Origin: Laetmonice hystrix
Taxonomy: Eukaryota
Reading direction: 5' to 3'
Length of the DNA stretch: 64,000 nt
Assembly (NCBI GenBank): GCA_965235115.1
Contig: OZ249441.1
Location: 15,934,001-15,998,000, forward strand
This document shows positions 25,741 through 40,285 of the stretch, piece by piece. The position numbers and the translations under genes were made by a program. The notes beneath the pieces are model-generated. The model was not told where the DNA came from, ran no database searches, and saw only the letters and a list, made by a program, of their open reading frames with translations. The stretch's first letter is position 1. Every line of letters starts with the position of its first letter.

Positions 25741-27392
25741 CACTTCATCGGCTGGGAGATGATGCCGACAACCACACCCAAAGTAAAACCTACTCCTACC
25801 TGTATCAACCATTGAAACGTCATGCTCCTCCTGTCCTAGTGAGACCCACACATCACAAACCACTCATTATCTGCCCAATCACTCGATCCTAAATGCGATC
25901 GGATCAAGCAACCAGCAAGTCCCTTAGATCCTCCACCCTCAGAGCCAACTAATAACTCACTCAAACTTTTACGGTTATTTCACCTCAGTTACAATTACGA
26001 CGAGTATATTGGAGTTTGCCTCCAATTTTGCCATTCATGAAATCAACTGAAGACTTCCGCTGAAAATCTAGATAGTCACGCACCTATCTAGACGAGTATA
26101 ATAGAATGCCTGCCCTCCGCTGGACACTGGACACTTCAAACGTCTCGCCGACTGACCCTCACTGACCTCTCACGGGCTGACCCTCAACCGTCACTACTGA
26201 TGCATGACCGTCACCATGGAGATTTGTCATTCACCCATAATGTACATAATGATGGCGTGAGACTGCTGCCGTGGTCCGCCATCTCTCACGGCCAAGTACT
26301 TTGCCTAAATACATCACTACATCACCCCCATTCGGTGCCGCCATGTCACCGCCCCTTTCTCACCCCAGAGGGTTACCGATGACAACCCCACCAGTGATCA
26401 TATGATCACAAAGTGACCAAGGTCGTATAAAGGTCGCCAGGGGATATTAACCGACCTCCAGGATGATGCAGTAGGCCATAACGTTGATCACTAATGTAAT
26501 GTGACCACGGGATAAAGAAGTTTAATATAACTCACACGCCAACAACCACCAAGACCTGATTATCGGAACACCCTGACGCCATGGACTAACTTGAAACAAA
26601 ATAAAAATAAGAATAAAATCAGGGATATTGTATAGATTCACTAATTCTGTGATCTGACCCCTCTACATCAGGGTACGCTATAATTATTTCACTTTCAATC
26701 AACCGAATATGAACAATTTCCTCTGAAACTGCATAGCTCACACAAAGATTATTGAATAGAAAAACCTCTTATCTCACCAGCCAAATAGAAACATGCAGTA
26801 GTAAGCAAGATCTCTGGTGACTGGCAATGAGCGATATCAAACAAATCTCCGATAATCGGCCTAACTGAACGCTGGTCCCAGTGAGTGCCCTTATTTGACT
26901 TCCTTCCCCCGGCAGTGAGCCTCTCTCCCACGTCACCCGGGCTCAGGGTAACAGCCGAGCGCCACCACTGGCCGCCAGGTGGCGTAATGTCCGGCCGAAG
27001 TGCCTGGGTCATCAGGACGGACGGCAGTACATCATGGACGGTTTGTTTCTATCTGTTCGGATACAGGGTTATTACAGATCGAGTAGGAGACATCGCTAAT
27101 TAACAGCAGTCTAAGATGAGAACTAGCTCACGCCAAGTGATATAAAGATGTAATTACGGTTCCTTTGCTCTACCGGATTATGTGTGCCAACTAATTTACT
27201 GGCTAGATCAATCCAACCCTAGTACTGCACATCTGCATCATGTACTTCTTCATAGCCCTTCCTTAACACAGCTGTAAACATAGACATGGAAGGTACCCTT
27301 ATGTCCTCCTTTAGTGCACTATGAAGATCCGCGTGTCTCTGTGTAAAAATATTCTTTTCATATACTACTCATATACTACTCACTCCAGCGCC

Positions 27393-28080
27393 GTGTACAT
27401 GCTTCATAATATTCTTTCCTTGTACTACTCACTGTACATGCTTCATAATATTCTTTCCCTATACTACTCACTGTACATGCTTCATAATATTCTTTCCCTA
27501 TACTACTCACTGTACATGCTTCATAATATTCTTTCCTTATACTACTCACTGTACATGCTTCATAATATTCTTTCCCTATACTACTCACTGTACATGCTTC
27601 ATAATATTCTTTCCCTATACTACTCACTGTACATGCTTCACAATATTCTTTCCCTATACTACTCACTGTACATGCTTCACAATATTCTTTCCCTATACTA
27701 CTCACTGTACACGCTTCATAATATTCTTTCCTTATACTACTCACTGTACACGCTTCATAATATTCTTTCCTTATACTACTCACTGTACACGCTTCATAAT
27801 ATTCTTTCCTTATACTACTCACTGTACACGCTTCATAATATTCTTTCCTTATACTACTCACTGTACACGCTTCATAATATTCTTTCCTTATACTACTCAC
27901 TGTACACGTTTCATAATATTCTTTCCTTATACTACTCACTGTACACGCTTCATAATATTCTTTCCTTATACTACTCACTGTACACGCTTCCTAATATTCT
28001 TTCCTTATACTACTCACTGTACTCGCTTCATAATATTCTTTCCTTATACTACTCACTCTACATGCTTCATAATATTCTTA
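27393..28080. repeat. 39-bp AT-rich minisatellite, about 18 units
   Basis: Unit tactactcactgtacaYgcttcataatattctttccYta. Confidence 0.96.
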
Positions 28081-28088
28081 TACTATAT

Positions 28089-29090
28089 ACTAGCCTGACC
28101 GTGTTAGTTGGGTCTCAGTATCATCACTGTATCACCTCACCACCTACTAGCCTGACCATGTTAGTTGGGTCTCAGTATCATCACTGTATCACCTCACCAC
28201 CTACTAACCTGACCGTGTTAGTTGGGTCTCAGTATCATCACTGTATCACCTCACCACATACTAGCCTGACCGTGTTAGTTGGGTCTCAGTATCATCACTG
28301 TATCACCTCACCACATACCACATACTAGCCTGACCATGTTAATTGGGTCTCAGTATCATCACTGTATCACCTCACCACATACTAGCCTGACCATGTTAGT
28401 TGGGTCTCAGTATCATCACTGTATCACCTCACCACATACTAGCCTGACCGTGTTAGTTGGGTCTCAGTATCATCACTGTATCACCTCACCACATACTAGC
28501 CTGACCATGTTAGTTGGGTCTCAGTATCATCACTGTATCACCTCACCACATACCACATACTAGCCTGACCATGTTAGTTGGGTCTCAGTATCATCACTGT
28601 ATCACCTCACCACATACCACATACTAGCCTGACCATGTTAGTTGGGTCTCAGTATCATCACTGTATCACCTCACCACATACTAGCCTGACCGTGTTAGTT
28701 GGGTCTCAGTATCATCACTGTATCACCTCACCACATACTAGCCTGACCGTGTTAGTTGGGTCTCAGTATCATCACTGTATCACCTCACCACATACTAGCC
28801 TGACCATGTTAGTTGGGTCTCAGTATCATCACTGTATTATTCTCACCACATACTAGCCTGGCCGTGTTAGTTGGGTCTCAGTATCATCACTGTATCACCT
28901 CACCACATACTAGCCTGACCGTGTTAGTTGGGTCTCAGTATCATCACTGTATCACCTCACCACATACTAGCCTGACCGTGTTAGTTGGGTCTCAGTATCA
29001 TCACTGTATCACCTCACCACATACTAGCCTGACCGTGTTAGTTGGGTCTCAGTATCATCACTGTATCTCCTCACCACATACTAGCCTGAT
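28089..29090. repeat. 57-bp minisatellite, about 17 units, abutting the 39-bp array
   Basis: Unit tactagcctgaccRtgttagttgggtctcagtatcatcactgtatcacctcaccaca, with occasional +taccaca units. Confidence 0.96.
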
Positions 29091-30584
29091 CTGGTTAGAT
29101 GGAGCCTAGTATCATCCCCTCACCCTTAGGCTAATATTAACGTTGACAGCTGAAGCGTCGCTCCTTACTTTGGAAGCGTATTGAGTAGGTCCAACATATC
29201 ATTGCTCACGAACGCTCTAGAATGGCCCGCCGATAAATCACCCTCTTCTATTGGCCATCGTTGATCAAGATGGTGCTTATGTTTAAGCGAATGCTGAAAT
29301 TTAGTACTTGCACTGCACTTTGACTATCTTTTGTAAAAATTCAGTTTTAGGGGAGGCCTGTTGCCCCAAATCCATATGTCACTCGAGCGGAAAGTTGGGA
29401 GACACTTAATGAAGGCCTTGTCTATTTACAGAGGTGTTGAATGTGACTGCGGGACCTTGACAATATTGCACTTCGTGACCCTTAGAGACCTCCTCTAGAC
29501 TGCTGTAAATCACGCCATCATAAAAAGAAGGAACCGCATTAATTAATTACGGACTTGAGATGATGTATCGCTGCCTTCGTGCCATTCACTACACATCATT
29601 ATTTTCCTAATTTCTTTATTACCATCGACGGTTTGAACAAACACCACAACCTTACCTACTTCCTGATCATTAAAAATTAAACGTTTTCTTATAATTAGTG
29701 TAACCATACGGTACCTCTCGTCCGCCTATACAATATGCTTAGATAACACAGCACTGGGAATGATGCATTGGCTGCCTGCGATCATGAATACTTAGGAATG
29801 CAGGCTTCATTTGACGCCCAGGTGTATGACAATGATCAACGATGTTTGTGTGGGAGGGGAAGAGGTGCGCGAGTGTCACTGGTCTCTGGTCAAAATGGAA
29901 TAATTAATTACGTTTCAATTCCAGTTTTTGGAACTATGTTATAATTAGGTTACACATTCAGGTATGTATTAACTCTGCCGGTCACAGATCTAGGTGACTG
30001 TTTGTCCCACTGTCCCCTATACTCCACCCAAGATCTACCCCCGTCCTGAGGCCATATACAAACTCTACCCTAAAACACTTAATCATTATGACAGATTAAT
30101 TTTTAAGAACGCTGCTACAAATGTTAATCATGGCATGCCATGTCTACAGCTCCAATCGTACCATCTACATCATTCCAGGAGGGAAATACTGGTTTTCTAA
30201 AATCGTACCTTTCTTAATTAAAGTAAAACAATGCTCAAATGTCATGTTAGTCGATAAATTACGTTTGAGAATGTAACCTTAATTCACGAATCAAAAATAT
30301 TTGGGGTCTGTTTAGCTTCCTTGGAGTTTCCTCTCCTAACGTTTTCTGTTGCAAGGCTCACGACCGCAAGCATTAAATGTTCTGGACATCAGCCAGTGCG
30401 TCATTCAGACAAATACTGGCACACATTGCGTAATCAACCTAATTAGCTGAATGACCCAAACATGCGGTCTGCATACTTCGTCCTGCTCGCCGCACACGCT
30501 AAGCGATATAAACGTGCTCTTACATAGTATTACAGTGTTTACTCGATGGTGGTGATGAATTCCATCCCACCGCCGCGGCGAGGG

Positions 30585-33500
30585 CAGCGACCTCAGGGTT
30601 CTCAATCCCCGCCATGGCTAGCTCAGCGACCTCTAGGTTCACAATCCCCGCCATTGCCAGCCCGGCGACCTCTAGGTTCACAATCCCCGCCATGGCCAGC
30701 CCAGCGACCTCTGGGTTCTCAATCCCCGCCATGACCAGCCCAGCGACCTTTAGGTTCACAATCCCCGCCATGGCCAGCCCAGCGACCTTTAGGTTCACAA
30801 TCCCCGCCATGGCCAGCCCAGCGACCTCTAGGTTCACAATCCCCGCCATGGCCAGCCCAGGGACCACCAGGTTCACAATCCCGCCATGGCCAGCCCGGCG
30901 ACCTCTAGGTTCACAATCCCCGCCATGGCCAGCCCGGCGACCTCTAGGTTCTCAATCCCAGCCATGGCCAGCCCGGCGACCTCTAGGTTCACAATCCCCG
31001 CCATGGCCAGCCAGCGACCTCTAGGTTCACAATCCCAGCAATGGCCAGCCCAGCGACCTCTAGGTTCACAATCCCAGCCATGGCCAGCCCGGCGACCTCT
31101 AGGTTCACAATCCCCGCCATGGCCAGCCCAGCGACCTCTAGGTTCACAATCCCAGCCATGGCCAGCCCAGCGACCTCTAGGTTCTCAATCCCAGCCATGG
31201 CCAGCCCGGCGACCTCTAGGTTCACAATCCCAGCCATGACCAGCCCGGCGACCTCTAGGTTCACAATCCCAGCCATGACCAGCCCGGCGACCTCTAGGTT
31301 CACAATCCCCGCCATGGCCAGCCCAGCGACCTCTAGGTTCACAATCCCCGCCATGGCCAGCCCGGCGACCTCTAGGTTCACAATCCCCGCCATGGCCAGC
31401 CCGGCGACCTCTAGGTTCACAATCCCCGCCATGGCCAGCCCAGCGACCTCTAGGTTCACAATCCCAGCCATGGCCAGCCCAGCGACCTCTAGGTTCTCAA
31501 TCCCAGCCATGGCCAGCCCGGCGACCTCTAGGTTCACAATCCCAGCCATGACCAGCCCGGCGACCTCTAGGTTCACAATCCCCGCCATGGCCAGCCCGGC
31601 GACCTCTAGGTTCACAATCCCCGCCATGGCCAGCCCGGCGACCTCTAGGTTCAAAATCCCCGCCATGGCCAGCCGGGCGACCTCTAGGTTCACAATCCCC
31701 GCCATGGCCAGCCCAGCGACCTCTAGGTTCACAATCCCCGCCATGGCCAGCCCAGCGACCTCTAGGTTCACAATCCCCGCCATGGCCAGCCCAGCGACCT
31801 CTAGGTTCACAATCCCAGCCATGGCCAGCCCAGCGACCTCTAGGTTCTCAATCCCAGCCATGGCCAGCCCGGCGACCTCTAGGTTCACAATCCCAGCCAT
31901 GACCAGCCCGGCGACCTCTAGGTTCCCATCCCCGCCATGGCCAGCCCGGCGACCTCTAGGTTCACAATCCCCGCCATGGCCAGCCCGGCGACCTCTAGGT
32001 TCACAATCCCCGCCATGGCCAGCCCGGCGACCTCTAGGTTCAAAATCCCCGCCATGGCCAGCCGGGCGACCTCTAGGTTCACAATCCCAGCCATGGCCAG
32101 CCCAGCGACCTCTAGGTTCACAATCCCCGCCATGGCCAGCCCAGCGACCTCTAGGTTCACAATCCCCGCCATGGCCAGCCCAGCGACCTCTAGGTTCACA
32201 ATCCCAGCCATGACCAGCCCAGCGACCTTTAGGTTCACAATCCCCGCCATGGCCAGCCCAGCGACCTTTAGGTTCACAATCCCCGCCATGGCCAGCCCAG
32301 CGACCTCTAGGTTCACAATCCCCGCCATGGCCAGCCCGGCGACCTCTAGGTTCACAATCCCAGCCATGACCAGCCCGGCGACCTCTAGGTTCACAATCCC
32401 CGCCATGGCCAGCCCGGCGACCTTTAGGTTCACAATCCCCGCCATGGCCAGCCCGGCGACCTCTAGGTTCACAATCCCCGCCATGGCCAGCCCAGCGACC
32501 TCTAAGGTTCACAATCCCCGCCATGGCCAGCCCAGCGACCTCCAGGTTCACAATCCCCGCCATGGCCAGCCCGGCGACCTCTAGGTTCACAATCCCCGCC
32601 ATGGCCAGCCCGGCGACCTCCAGGTTCACAATCCCCGCCATGGCCAGCCCGGCGACCTCTAGGTTCACAATCCCAGCCATGACCAGCCCAGCGACCTCCA
32701 GGTTCACAATCCCCGCCATGGCCAGCCCGGCGACCTCTAGGTTCACAATCCCCGCCATGGCCAGCCCGGCGACCTCTAGGTTTACAATCCCCGCCATGGC
32801 CAGCCCAGCGACCTCTAGGTTCACAATCCCCGCCATGGCCAGCCCAGCACCTCTAGGTTCACAATCCCCGCCATGGCCAGCCCGGCGACCTCTAGGTTCA
32901 CAATCCCCGCCATGGCCAGCCCGGCGACCTCTAGGTTCACAATCCCCGCCATGGCCAGCCCGGCGACCTCTAGGTTTACAATCCCCGCCATGGCCAGCCC
33001 AGCGACCTCTAGGTTCACAATCCCCGCCATGGCCAGCCCGGCGACCTCTAGGTTCACAATCCCAGCCATGACCAGCCCGGCGACCTCTAGGTTTACAATC
33101 CCCGCCATGGCCAGCCCAGCGACCTGCAGCAGGTGTTTTTGATGGTTATACAAGATCCGAACCGGCGACCTCTAGGTTTACAATCCCCGCCATGGCCAGC
33201 CCAGCGACCTCTAGGTTCACAATCCCCGCCATGGCCAGCCCGGCGACCTCTAGGTTCACAATCCCAGCCATGACCAGCCCGGCGACCTCTAGGTTTACAA
33301 TCCCCGCCATGGCCAGCCCAGCACCTCTAGGTTCACAATCCCCGCCATGGCCAGCCCGGCGACCTCTAGGTTCACAATCCCCGCCATGGCCAGCCCGGCG
33401 ACCTCTAGGTTCACAATCCCCGCCATGGCCAGCCCGGCGACCTCTAGGTTCACAATCCCCGCCATGGCCAGCCCAGCGACCTCTAGGTTCACAATCCCAG

Positions 33501-35352
33501 CCATGGCCAGCCCAGCGACCTCTAGGTTCTCAATCCCAGCCATGGCCAGCCCGGCGACCTCTAGGTTCACAATCCCAGCCATGACCAGCCCGGCGACCTC
33601 TAGGTTCACAATCCCCGCCATGGCCAGCCCGGCGACCTCTAGGTTCACAATCCCCGCCATGGCCAGCCCGGCGACCTCTAGGTTCAAAATCCCCGCCATG
33701 GCCAGCCGGGCGACCTCTAGGTTCACAATCCCCGCCATGGCCAGCCCAGCGACCTCTAGGTTCACAATCCCCGCCATGGCCAGCCCAGCGACCTCTAGGT
33801 TCACAATCCCCGCCATGGCCAGCCCAGCGACCTCTAGGTTCACAATCCCAGCCATGGCCAGCCCAGCGACCTCTAGGTTCTCAATCCCAGCCATGGCCAG
33901 CCCGGCGACCTCTAGGTTCACAATCCCAGCCATGACCAGCCCGGCGACCTCTAGGTTCCCATCCCCGCCATGGCCAGCCCGGCGACCTCTAGGTTCACAA
34001 TCCCCGCCATGGCCAGCCCGGCGACCTCTAGGTTCAAAATCCCCGCCATGGCCAGCCGGGCGACCTCTAGGTTCACAATCCCAGCCATGGCCAGCCCAGC
34101 GACCTCTAGGTTCACAATCCCCGCCATGGCCAGCCCAGCGACCTCTAGGTTCACAATCCCCGCCATGGCCAGCCCAGCGACCTCTAGGTTCACAATCCCA
34201 GCCATGACCAGCCCAGCGACCTTTAGGTTCACAATCCCCGCCATGGCCAGCCCAGCGACCTTTAGGTTCACAATCCCCGCCATGGCCAGCCCAGCGACCT
34301 CTAGGTTCACAATCCCCGCCATGGCCAGCCCGGCGACCTCTAGGTTCACAATCCCAGCCATGACCAGCTCGGCGACCTCTAGGTTCACAATCCCCGCCAT
34401 GGCCAGCCCGGCGACCTTTAGGTTCACAATCCCCGCCATGGCCAGCCCGGCGACCTCTAGGTTCACAATCCCCGCCATGGCCAGCCCGGCGACCTCTAGG
34501 TTCACAATCCCCGCCATGGCCAGCCCAGCGACCTCTAAGGTTCACAATCCCCGCCATGGCCAGCCCAGCGACCTCCAGGTTCACAATCCCCGCCATGGCC
34601 AGCCCGGCGACCTCTAGGTTTACAATCCCCGCCATGGCCAGCCCGGCGACCTCTAGGTTTACAATCCCCGCCATGGCCAGCCCGGCGACCTCTAGGTTTA
34701 CAATCCCCGCCATGGCCAGCCCAGCGACCTCTAGGTTCACAATCCCCGCCATGGCCAGCCCGGCGACCTCTAGGTTCACAATCCCCGCCATGGCCAGCCC
34801 GGCGACCTCTAGGTTCACAATCCCGCCATGGCCAGCCCAGCGACCTTTAGGTTCACAATCCCCGCCATGGCCAGCCCAGCGACCTCTAGGTTCACAATCC
34901 CCGCCATGGCCAGCCCAGCACCTCTAGGTTCACAATCCCCGCCATGGCCAGCCCGGCGACCTCTAGGTTCACAATCCCCGCCATGGCCAGCCCGGCGACC
35001 TCTAGGTTCACAATCCCCGCCATGGCCAGCCCGGCGACCTCTAGGTTTACAATCCCCGCCATGGCCAGCCCAGCGACCTCTAGGTTCACAATCCCCGCCA
35101 TGGCCAGCCCGGCGACCTCTAGGTTCACAATCCCAGCCATGACCAGCCCGGCGACCTCTAGGTTTACAATCCCCGCCATGGCCAGCCCAGCGACCTCTAG
35201 GTTCACAATCCCCGCCATGGCCAGCCCAGCGACCTCTAGGTTTACAATCCCCGCCATGGCCAGCCCAGCGACCTCTAGGTTCACAATCCCCGCCATGGCC
35301 AGCCCAGCGACCTCTAGGTTTACAATCCCCGCCATGGCCAGCCCAGCGACCT
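30585..35352. repeat. 39-bp GC-rich minisatellite, about 120 units, with higher-order duplication
   Basis: Unit ccccgccatggccagcccRgcgacctctaggttcacaat. Interrupted at about 33122-33160 by a copy of the right-flank sequence. Confidence 0.97.
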
Positions 35353-36314
35353 GCAGCAGGTGTTTTTGATGGTTATACAAGATCCGAAGCGGCGACCGTT
35401 AACCAGTGTATGTCATCAATGCATTGCTCCCTGTGTACATGAACACAAAACCAAGGTTTACATATATAATTCATAGGACGGGACAAATTCTGACAAATTA
35501 CATACTCTAATTCCCATTATAATTACTTTACCATAAAATCAATTAGATGTTAGGCAGTTTTTCATAGTGTATCCTATGTCCGTCTACTGGTCCAATACTC
35601 ATGTTTTCGCACGCTAAGCACGCCTACGATATGGTTACTTCTAGCCAGGTCAGAATTGACCATATTTCATGTCATAAATTTACTTTTTTCAGACTTCATA
35701 TTCTTATATAGGATGAAAAATATCCAAGCCGTTGGCGGCATATATGCGTGGGGGGGGGGGCATCAAAACACCACAGTAAAGTGACGGTAAGATTTTTCAG
35801 TCTCACCAAAGCCAAAGGATCTTTTAACTCTTCATGATTGCATCATTCTGATATCACTTTGCTAATTGACAATTATATTATGTAAATACATTATATAAAT
35901 ACGGATCAATATTCCCGATATAATCAATATACTAGAATCTCTCCTAGTGACACGGGTGTAGAAAATAGAAATCCTAGCTAAATCAACCGAGCGAACAGGG
36001 GTATTTTGATGTCAATGTCTATGCTGTAAGCCTAGCAGTACGCAGATCACAGAATAGATACCTATTCTGTGTGCAGATTGCGTTAAATTGCAATGGGAGT
36101 GTATACGGCCCCTCACCCTCTCTGGGTTACAAATATATATATGTCGGATATTGCTAGTGACAGTGGGTCGCAGGGAAGTTCTACTATTTCTATGTGGAAC
36201 GTTCGCTAGATTCCGGTTAGCTGTGATGTTGACAGGGACAGCACGGGACCGACCAGCCTGTCACAACCAGCGACATGACGTGAATACCACCCTCCATGTC
36301 ACGTACCGTATCCC

Positions 36315-39300
36315 ACCACCAACTCCTCCATGTCCATGGCTGTGTACAGGAGGTTTCAATACGGTGCGATTACTAGGCCAAGTCTGGTTACAGTACTCCA
36401 CCACCAACTCCTCCATGTCCATGGCTGTGTACAGGAGGTTTCAATACGGTGCGATTACTAGGCCAAGTCTGGTTACAGTACTCCACCACCAACTCCTCCA
36501 TGTCCATGGCTGTGTACAGGAGGTTTCAATACGGTGTGATTACTAGGCCAAGTCTGGTTACAGTACTCCACCACCAACTCCTCCATGTCCATGGCTGTGT
36601 ACAGGAGGTTTCAATACGGTGCGATTACTAGGCCAAATCTGGTTACAGTACTCCACCACCAACTCCTCCATGTCCATGGCTGTGTACAGGAGGTTTCAAT
36701 CGGTGTGATTACTAGGCCAAGTCTGGTTACAATACTCCACCACCAACTCCTCCATGTCCATGGCTGTGTACAGGGGGTTTCAATACGGTGTGATTACTAG
36801 GCCAAGTCTGGTTACAGTACTCCACCACCAACTCCTCCATGTCCATGGGTGTGTACAGGAGGTTTCAATACGGTGTGATTACTAGGCCAAGTCTGGTTAC
36901 AGTACTCCACCACCAACTCCTCCATGTCCATGGCTGTGTACAGGAGGTTTCAATACGGTGTGATTACTAGGCCAAGTCTGGTTACAGTACTCCATCACCA
37001 ACTCCTCCATGTCCATGGCTGTGTACAGGAGGTTTCAATACGGTGTGATTACTAGGCCAAGTCTGGTTACAGTACTCCACCACCAACTCCTCCATGTCCA
37101 TGGCTGTGTACAGGAGGTTTCAATACGGTGTGATTACTAGGCCAAGTCTGGTTACAGTATTCCACCACCAACTCCTCCATGTCCATGACTGTGTACAGGA
37201 GGTTTCAATACGGTGTGATTACTAGGCCAAGTCTGGTTACAGTACTCCACCACCAACTCCTCCATGTCCATGGCTGTGTACAGGAGGTTTCAATACGGTG
37301 TGATTACTAGGCCAAGTCTGGTTACAGTACTCCACCACCAACTCCTCCATGTCCATGGCTGTGTACAGGAGGTTTCAATACGGTGTGATTACTAGGCCAA
37401 GTCTGGTTACAGTACTCCACCACCAACTCCTCCATGTCCATGGCTGTGTACAGGAGGTTTCAATACGGTGTGATTACTAGGCCAAGTCTGGTTACAGTAT
37501 TCCACCACCAACTCCTCCATGTCCATGACTGTGTACAGGAGGTTTCAATACGGTGTGATTACTAGGCCAAGTCTGGTTACAGTACTCCACCACCAACTCC
37601 TCCATGTCCATGGCTGTGTACAGGAGGTTTCAATACGGTGTGATTACTAGGCCAAGTCTGGTTACAGTACTCCACCACCAACTCCTTCATGTCCATGGCT
37701 GTGTACAGGAGGTTTCAATACGGTGTGATTACTAGGCCAAGTCTGGTTACAGTACTCCACCACCAACTCCTCCATGTCCATGGCTGTGTACAGGAGGTTT
37801 CAATACGGTGTGATTACTAGGCCAAGTCTGGTTACAGTACTCCTCCACCACCAACTCCTCCATGTCCATGGCTGTGTACAGGAGGTTTCAATACGGTGTA
37901 ATTACTAGGCCAAGTCTGGTTACAGTACTCCACCACCAACTCCTCCATGTCCATGGCTGTGTACAGGAGGTTTCAATACGGTGTGATTACTAGGCCAAGT
38001 CTGGTTACAGTACTCCACCACCAACTCCTCCATGTCCATGGCTGTGTACAGGAGGTTTCAATACGGTGTGATTACTAGGCCAAGTCTGGTTACAGTACTC
38101 CACCACCAACTCCTCCATGTCCATGGCTGTGTACAGGAGGTTTCAATACGGTGTGATTACTAGGCCAAGTCTGGTTACAGTACTCCACCACCAACTCCTC
38201 CATGTCCATGGCTGTGTACAGGAGGTTTCAATACGGTGTGATTACTAGGCCAAGTCTGGTTACAGTACTCCACCACCAACTCCTCCATGTCCATGGCTGT
38301 GTACAGGAGGTTTCAATACGGTGTGATTACTAGGCCAAGTCTGGTTCCAGTATTCCACCACCAACTCCTCCATGTCCATGACTGTGTACAGGAGGTTTCA
38401 ATACGGTGTGATTACTAGGCCAAGTCTGGTTACAGTACTCCACTACCAACTCCTCCATGTCCATGGCTGTGTACAGGAGGTTTCAATACGGTGTGATTAC
38501 TAGGCCAAGTCTGGTTACAGTACTCCACCACCAACTCCTCCATGTCCATGGCTGTGTACAGGAGGTTTCAATACAGTGTGATTACTAGGCCAAGTCTGGT
38601 TACAGTACTCCACCACCAACTCCTTCATGTCCATGGCTGTGTACAGGAGGTTTCAATACGGTGTGATTACTAGGCCAAGTCTGGTTACAGTACTCCACCA
38701 CCAACTCCTCCATGTCCATGGCTGTGTACAGGAGGTTTCAATACGGTGTGATTACTAGGCCAAGTCTGGTTACAGTACTCCACCACCAACTCCTCCATGT
38801 CCATGGCTGTGTACAGGAGGTTTCAATACGGTGTGATTACTAGGCCAAGTCTGGTTACAGTACTCCACCACCAACTCCTCCATGTCCATGGCTGTGTACA
38901 GGAGGTTTCAATACGGTGTGATTACTAGGCCAAGTCTGGTTACAGTACTCCACCACCAACTCCTCCATGTCCATGGCTGTGTACAGGAGGTTTCAATACG
39001 GTGTGATTACTAGGCCAAGTCTGGTTACAGTACTCCACCACCAACTCCTCCATGTCCATGGCTGTGTACAGGAGGTTTCAATACGGTGTGATTACTAGGC
39101 CAAGTCTGGTTACAGTACTCCACCACCAACTCCTCCATGTCCATGGCTGTGTACAGGAGGTTTCAATACGGTGTGATTACTAGGCCAAGTCTGGTTACAG
39201 TACTCCACCACCAACTCCTCCATGTCCATGGCTGTGTACAGGAGGTTTCAATACGGTGTGATTACTAGGCCAAGTCTGGTTACAGTACTCCACCACCAAC

Positions 39301-39630
39301 TCCTCCATGTCCATGGCTGTGTACAGGAGGTTTCAATACGGTGTGATTACTAGGCCAAGTCTGGTTACAGTACTCCACCACCAACTCCTCCATGTCCATG
39401 GCTGTGTACAGGAGGTTTCAATACGGTGTGATTACTAGGCCAAGTCTGGTTACAGTACTCCACCACCAACTCCTCCATGTCCATGGCTGTGTACAGGAGG
39501 TTTCAATACGGTGTGATTACTAGGCCAAGTCTGGTTACAGTACTCCACCACCAACTCCTCCATGTCCATGGCTGTGTACAGGAGGTTTCAATACAGTGTG
39601 ATTACTAGGCCAAGTCTGGTTCCAGTATTC
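36315..39630. repeat. 85-bp minisatellite, about 39 highly homogeneous units
   Basis: Unit ccaccaccaactcctccatgtccatggctgtgtacaggaggtttcaatacggtgtgattactaggccaagtctggttacagtact, period 85. Confidence 0.97.
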
Positions 39631-40017
39631 CTGGTGGTACCAGGTTACTAACAACGAATGATGGCCAGTTGAGAGGTTAACAGAAATGATGTTGTCATTT
39701 GATAATCTGTTCTCCTCCGGTATGACCTACAGAGCTCACGGAATACGTTCTCGGACAGATAGCTGCCCATCAGTGCTGTCTCTCCTTTGTCAAACTCCCA
39801 CGTACGTTTTGGAAATGGGCATTTTAAAGAAAGAGAGTTCAAAGGAAGCTATTATGCAATAATTGTCCTATGACAATTGAGTTGTGATTGAGTAGTGATG
39901 TAATTGCAAACGAGTATTACAGGGAGAAGGTTTTCCTTCTCCATTCTCCACATTCTAGTCAAGGATATCTCCAGTGTAGACAATATTGCTTACAGATAAA
40001 TCGTGCTTAATGAAGAA

Positions 40018-40285
40018 GGGGGCCTCGGGTGGCCGAGTGGTCTAAGGTGTCGGCTCCATCATGACACCTAGGACCATCGCCTCACACCGCTGCGACCCGG
40101 GTTCGATTCCCGGCCTGGGCTGCATGTGTGAAAGGTTTGTCAGTCAGTTCCTTCCCGAAGGTCGGTGGTTTCCTCCGGGTACTCCGGTTTCCTCCACCAA
40201 GAAAAAACTGACTTTCATCTCATCTTCACCGCCGTGATATGACCCTGGCTGTTGCAAGGCGTAAAACCCCAAATACCCACCCACC
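40018..40285 (+). mobile_element. tRNA-derived SINE with V/Meta-like central core, 12-bp TSD
   Basis: tRNA-like head (gtggccgagtgg A box, ggttcgattccc B box), core ggtttcctccgggtactccggtttcctccacc, (ccca)n tail. TSD cttaatgaagaa at 40006-40017 and 40286-40297. Confidence 0.92.

Noticed and set aside
30520-35380. Long ORFs on both strands (PAMASPATSRFTI / AGLAMAGIVNLEV repeats, up to 615 aa) suggesting a mucin-like or repetitive protein
   Set aside because: Single-base indels in the units shift frame repeatedly, both strands are open for compositional reasons, and there are no non-repetitive coding flanks.
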